Origin: Reclinomonas americana ATCC 50394
Taxonomy: Eukaryota
DNA length: 35,620 bases
Assembly: GCA_048213135.1 (NCBI GenBank)
Contig: PS015064.1
Span: 117,060 to 152,679 of the forward strand
Reading direction: 5' to 3'
The position numbers were made by a program, and so were the translations under genes. The notes below the pieces were generated by a model. That model made no database searches. It worked only from the letters and a program-made list of their open reading frames with translations, and had not been told where the DNA came from. Of this stretch, positions 23,017 through 35,620 are shown piece after piece. Position 1 is the stretch's first letter. The number at the start of each line of letters is the position of its first letter.

Positions 23017-23646
23017 CGGGCGGCACGGTGGAGAGCCACGCCTCGGCCGCCCGGAGATACTGCTGCAGCGTCTCCGTGGCCTTGGCGAGTGTGTGAAAGC
23101 GCGAAGGCAGTCGCCAAGGAATCTCGGCGGCAATCTCTCGCGACAGCACGTGCGACTCAGTGGCCACCGATGGACGACACAGGATAATGTCGGCCGTCGA
23201 GCGGCGACTCTGCGGCAGAGCAATCTGCTCAAAGACCCACCGATCAAATGCGCCGTGGGGGGCCCTCATGTGCAGAATGCGTTGACATGCTGTTGGGGGA
23301 GGGGGTGAGAGAGAGGGAAAGGGGGAGAGAGAGAGAGGAGGGGAGAAGGCACACCTTCTTGCAGATAGTGCCGCAGGTACAGCATGATCTGGCTGCGGTG
23401 CTGCTCAATCAAGGGATGTGGCATTGTGTGCGCCTGCAAATGCGCGGCGCTCAGTGGCGTTGTGTCTGTTGCATCGCCCGTGTCACTGTGAATGCACACA
23501 TGAGCACAGACACACAGACACACAGAAGGAGACGACAAGCGCAACGGTCCGCGAGCTCGCTTCAGTGGCGGCTGCTCACGCTCCACGTCGTCATCGGCGC
23601 CTGCAGCGTCCGCGGAAGGCGACCTGGCGCGCTTGTTGCCGCTCAT
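23017..23646 (-). CDS. PCIF1: PCIF1/CAPAM N-terminal exons, on a contig that appears inverted in the scaffold
   Basis: Spliced translation ...PHPLIEQHRSQIMLYLRHYLQE|ACQRILHMRAPHGAFDRWVFEQ...REIAAEIPWRL...LQQYLRAAEAWL matches from memory human PCIF1 PHPEVELLRSQLILKLRQHYRELCQ...PPRESFNRWMLER...REIMNDIPIRL...LFKYAEAARRLI. Confidence 0.82.
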
Positions 23647-24144
23647 GCCGGCAAACAACAGATCTAGACGCGCAGGACAGACCTTGACGTCCTCCACGCG
23701 ATTGCTCTCANNNNNNNNNNNNNNNNNNNNNNNNNNNNNNNNNNNNNNNNNNNNNNNNNNNNNNNNNNNNNNNNNNNNNNNNNNNNNNNNNNNNNNNNNN
23801 NNNNNNNNNNNNNNNNNNNNNNNNNNNNNNNNNNNNNNNNNNNNNNNNNNNNNNNNNNNNNNNNNNNNNNNNNNNNNNNNNNNNNNNNNNNNNNNNNNNN
23901 NNNNNNNNNNNNNNNNNNNNNNNNNNNNNNNNAGTGAGTGAGAGAGAAGAAAGAGAGAGAGAGAGAGAGAGGGAGAGAGGAGGGATTGGGGAGAGAGAAG
24001 AATACTCAGAAAGGGAGCGGAGATTGGGCTATTTATTGTGCCTGGAAAAGCACCTTGCTTTTGTCGGTGTCCAGTGCGCTCGCAAGGATCCATGAAAAAA
24101 CCCAATGGAGCGAGACTGAATGGCTGAGCTTGTGCGTGACGCAG

Positions 24145-25790
24145 ACGACGTGGAGCGGATTCGACGTGCACTGCATGAGGTGGCAGAGGGAGCACGCCAT
24201 GTGCCGCCATCCACGGTGGATGCTGTCTTGTCGCTGATGAAGCAACTGAAGGCCGAGGTGTCGGCACCGCTTGCCGAGTTGGCGCAAGACCGAGTGCTCC
24301 AGGTGTGTACCGAGTTGTCGGCCGAGGCCACGCGGTGTGCGCAGGAATTCGTCGAATGGTTCACCCTCATCCCCGTTCCCCTCGCCATCTCGTGCCGTAC
24401 CCGACTGACACGCTCTTGTGCTCTTTGTGGCAAAAGGGAGTCGACATTTGATCGCACCGCCACTGTTCCCGTCCAGTGTCGATTTCGAGCTGCCGATGAT
24501 CTGTGCGAGGTGGAGTGCCACGGTGACAAGCTGCGCATCACGTACGCACACTACAACCGCATACGAGCCCTCTACCGTCAGCACGGCGGTGTGCACGACC
24601 CAGAACGAGCGCATTTCGATCGACTGTTGTACTGCATGCTGAAGAGGTGCGTGTCGCCGCTGTCGTGCGGCAAGTTCTCGTTCTCTTGTTCAGCGAGATC
24701 ACGACCCGCGTCTCCCTCTTCGCATGCTCACTTGCCTTCTTCTCCTTCTTCTTCTCCTCCTCATTCTTCTTCTTCCCCTTCTCCTTCTTCTGTTGTTCTT
24801 CTCCTTCTCCTTCCCCTCCCCTCCTCCCCCCTTCCCCTCCACTTGGTCGACAGATACGACTCGCTTCTCGCCAGCAAGGAACCGGGCAACCTGGTCAACA
24901 TGCACGCAGCGGCAACGCCAGTGGCGTTTGCCACCATGTCACAGGAGCTTGGCATCAACATGGTGAATGGTGACGCACACTGCACGCCGCCACTCACCTC
25001 TGCTGACTTGTCCGCAGGAGCTCTTCGCGTCGCCACTAAACTGCCACTTTTCCACGTTTTGCTCGGCCTTTCCCGACACGGATCGGTGCCGTCTTGAGTC
25101 ACCCGCGCTCGTTTTCTCCTTGTTTCTTTCCTGACGAACGACGCTGTGTGCAGGTATTTCGGCAGCCATGGCTCATTCTTCGATCGCGCACCCACCGGTG
25201 GCTCGTACGAGGTGAGTCGCGTTTGCCACGGCAGTGTGCTTGCATGCCACTCACGACTCTCGCATTACTCGACGCAGTGTAATCCACCGTACACAGAAGA
25301 GGTGCGTGGCGTTTTCCGCGATATCCGTCTTTTTGGTACGCATTCATCACGGCGTTCATGTGATGCAGGTCATGGAGCGCATGGCAGAGCACCTGGAAGC
25401 GCACATGCACGGCACGGCAGAGCCACTGTCGGTACTGGTGATTGTTCCCAACTGGAGTGATCCGATGATGCGCGCACTTGAGCTGCTGTTGGCGTCGCAG
25501 TTTGCCCGCGGCGATGTGGTACTGCCTGGCGGTGAGCACGGATTCGTACACGGCCAGCAGCACATGTTGCGTGCAATTACGACGTGATGCGCGTACGTGC
25601 GTACTTATAACGCTGTGCGCGCAGGCACGTTCGCGAGCGACCGCGACACGCCCAGGCGCTGACTTACGCGGCGCCGCACGGATCGCGCCTGGTTCTCCTG
25701 CAGAACGAGGCCGGTGCCCGCAAGTGGCCCGCCAACGACGCATTGTTGCAGCGACTTCGCGACGCAATGGCCGTGCCAGCAAGCAAATAA
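24145..25790 (+). CDS. PCIF1: PCIF1/CAPAM cap-specific adenosine N6-methyltransferase, C-terminal exons (about 8 exons)
   Basis: Spliced motifs LYCMLKR|YDSL, ELFASPLNCHFSTFCSAFPDTDR|YFGSHGSFFD, GGSYE|CNPPYTEE|VMERMAEH, EPLSVLVIVPNW, EHGFVHGQQH and LQNEAGARKWP, with stop TAA at 25788-25790. They correspond to human ECFASPLN...CSAFPDTDGYFGS...GSFEANPPF...EPLSFIVFIPEW...LQND. Confidence 0.92.
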
Positions 25791-26047
25791 AGTCGATGTC
25801 CGATATCGCCACTCAATCAATCGCGCGACAAATTTCATCATTATCATCATCATCATCATCTTTTGCGCGTGTGCACCGTTTGTTGTCTCTCCCCGCAACC
25901 GACACTCTCTCTTTCTCTCTCTTGTCCTACGTGCTGCCCTCTGTCTCCCCAGACTACGCTCGCCTTCTGTGCCATCAAACGCACACTCGCTCGCTCTGTT
26001 GCTGAAAGAGCATTGTCTGTCGCGGTCGGCGAAAGGCCACTTCTCTC

Positions 26048-34857
<8,810 letters not shown>

Positions 34858-35067
34858 GGAAAAAGAAAAACACAAATCGTTGTAAAAAAACAAATCACTT
34901 GCTTGTAACTTTGTTTGCATCCTGAAAGCGAAGATGACTGTTGGAGAAGTAGTTATGTGTTTGTATAGCCAAGGTCATTGTCGGCAAGGGATTTGATTGT
35001 TACGTAAACAGCTCTCGTCTGTCCCTTGTCCCGACTCTCTCGTTTGGCCTCGTTTTTTCCGCACACT

Positions 35068-35589
35068 ATGGGCGCGCCCGCAGCTGCCGCCGGCGACACC
35101 AAGCGACCACGCACAGGCACGAGCGCAAGAGGCGACACCAGCATCAACAACAACAACAACAGCAGCAAGGAGGACGACACGAGAAAGAGCTGCTGCACGG
35201 CGGTGGAGTCCAACAACGACCACGAGCATGACGACGAGGCACTTGTGCATCAGTGGGAGGGATGGGGCGAGCGGGAGGCGAGTGTGGTGTCGCGACACGA
35301 GGCACCGCATTGGATGGTCGACAATCCGTACTTGGAGCACGGGTATCGCGTGGCGCATTGCACGCGACGCGCGGTCATGTCGGTGGCCTCGGTGCACAAT
35401 GAGTTGACCAACATGTGGACGGCACTCGTGCCCGCCATCTACTGTGTGTGGTTGGTGGGAGGGTTGGTGGTGGGAGGTGCCGATGGCGATGGGTATTGGG
35501 CGAGGCAGACGGTCGGCGATCGCGGAGTGATGTTGTTGCTGGTGGTGGCGGAGTTGGTGTGCTTCTCGTGTAGTGCGCTGTTTCACACG
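35068..35589 (+). CDS. PAQR / haemolysin-III (adiponectin-receptor-like) membrane protein, first exon; continues beyond the window
   Basis: Open frame from ATG 35068 with PHWMVDNPYLEHGYR, SVHNELTNMWT and CFSCSALFHT, matching the PAQR motifs PxWxxDNxxIxxGYR, HNExxNxWT and SxxxH. Donor |gtgagg at 35590. Confidence 0.88.
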
Positions 35590-35620
35590 GTGAGGGAGGA
35601 GGGAGGGAGGAGGAGAGAGA

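Noticed and set aside
22655-24145. Trans-splicing or programmed inversion of PCIF1
   Set aside because: The segment is gap-flanked and its end overlaps the next contig when flipped, so mis-scaffolding is far more parsimonious.
35392-35424. PAQR motif ExxNxWTH reads ELTNMWTA (His to Ala)
   Set aside because: A single substitution in a partial gene, with the SxxxH motif intact. Not enough to claim altered function.

Overview
Eukaryotic genomic scaffold from an intron-dense, microsatellite-rich, fairly GC-rich organism, most likely a protist. It uses the standard code and GT-AG introns, mostly 55-150 nt, and contains nine N gaps. The left half (1-16 kb) looks like an immune-type locus. It holds three tandem paralogous 7-blade WD40 genes with near-identical 42-aa repeats and hypervariable surface positions, each followed by a shared ~1.7-1.9 kb unit. 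An intronless plant/fungal-type flotillin occupies the variable slot between copies 1 and 2, and a convergent NACHT-pentapeptide-14xWD40 (STAND/NLR-like) gene carries repeats of the same subfamily. The middle holds a hairpin-bearing ~140-170 bp minisatellite and a 1.3 kb segment bounded by inverted repeats. The right half holds a PCIF1/CAPAM cap-m6Am methyltransferase whose N-terminal exons lie on the opposite strand (almost certainly a mis-oriented contig), a large SH3-WW-RhoGEF(DH)-PH-coiled-coil gene, and the start of a PAQR/HlyIII gene. About a quarter of the introns I could place use a 1-nt-shifted donor (|GTTGCG, |GTTnnGT) instead of the canonical G|GTGnG. All gene models were built by eye, without RNA data or database searches.
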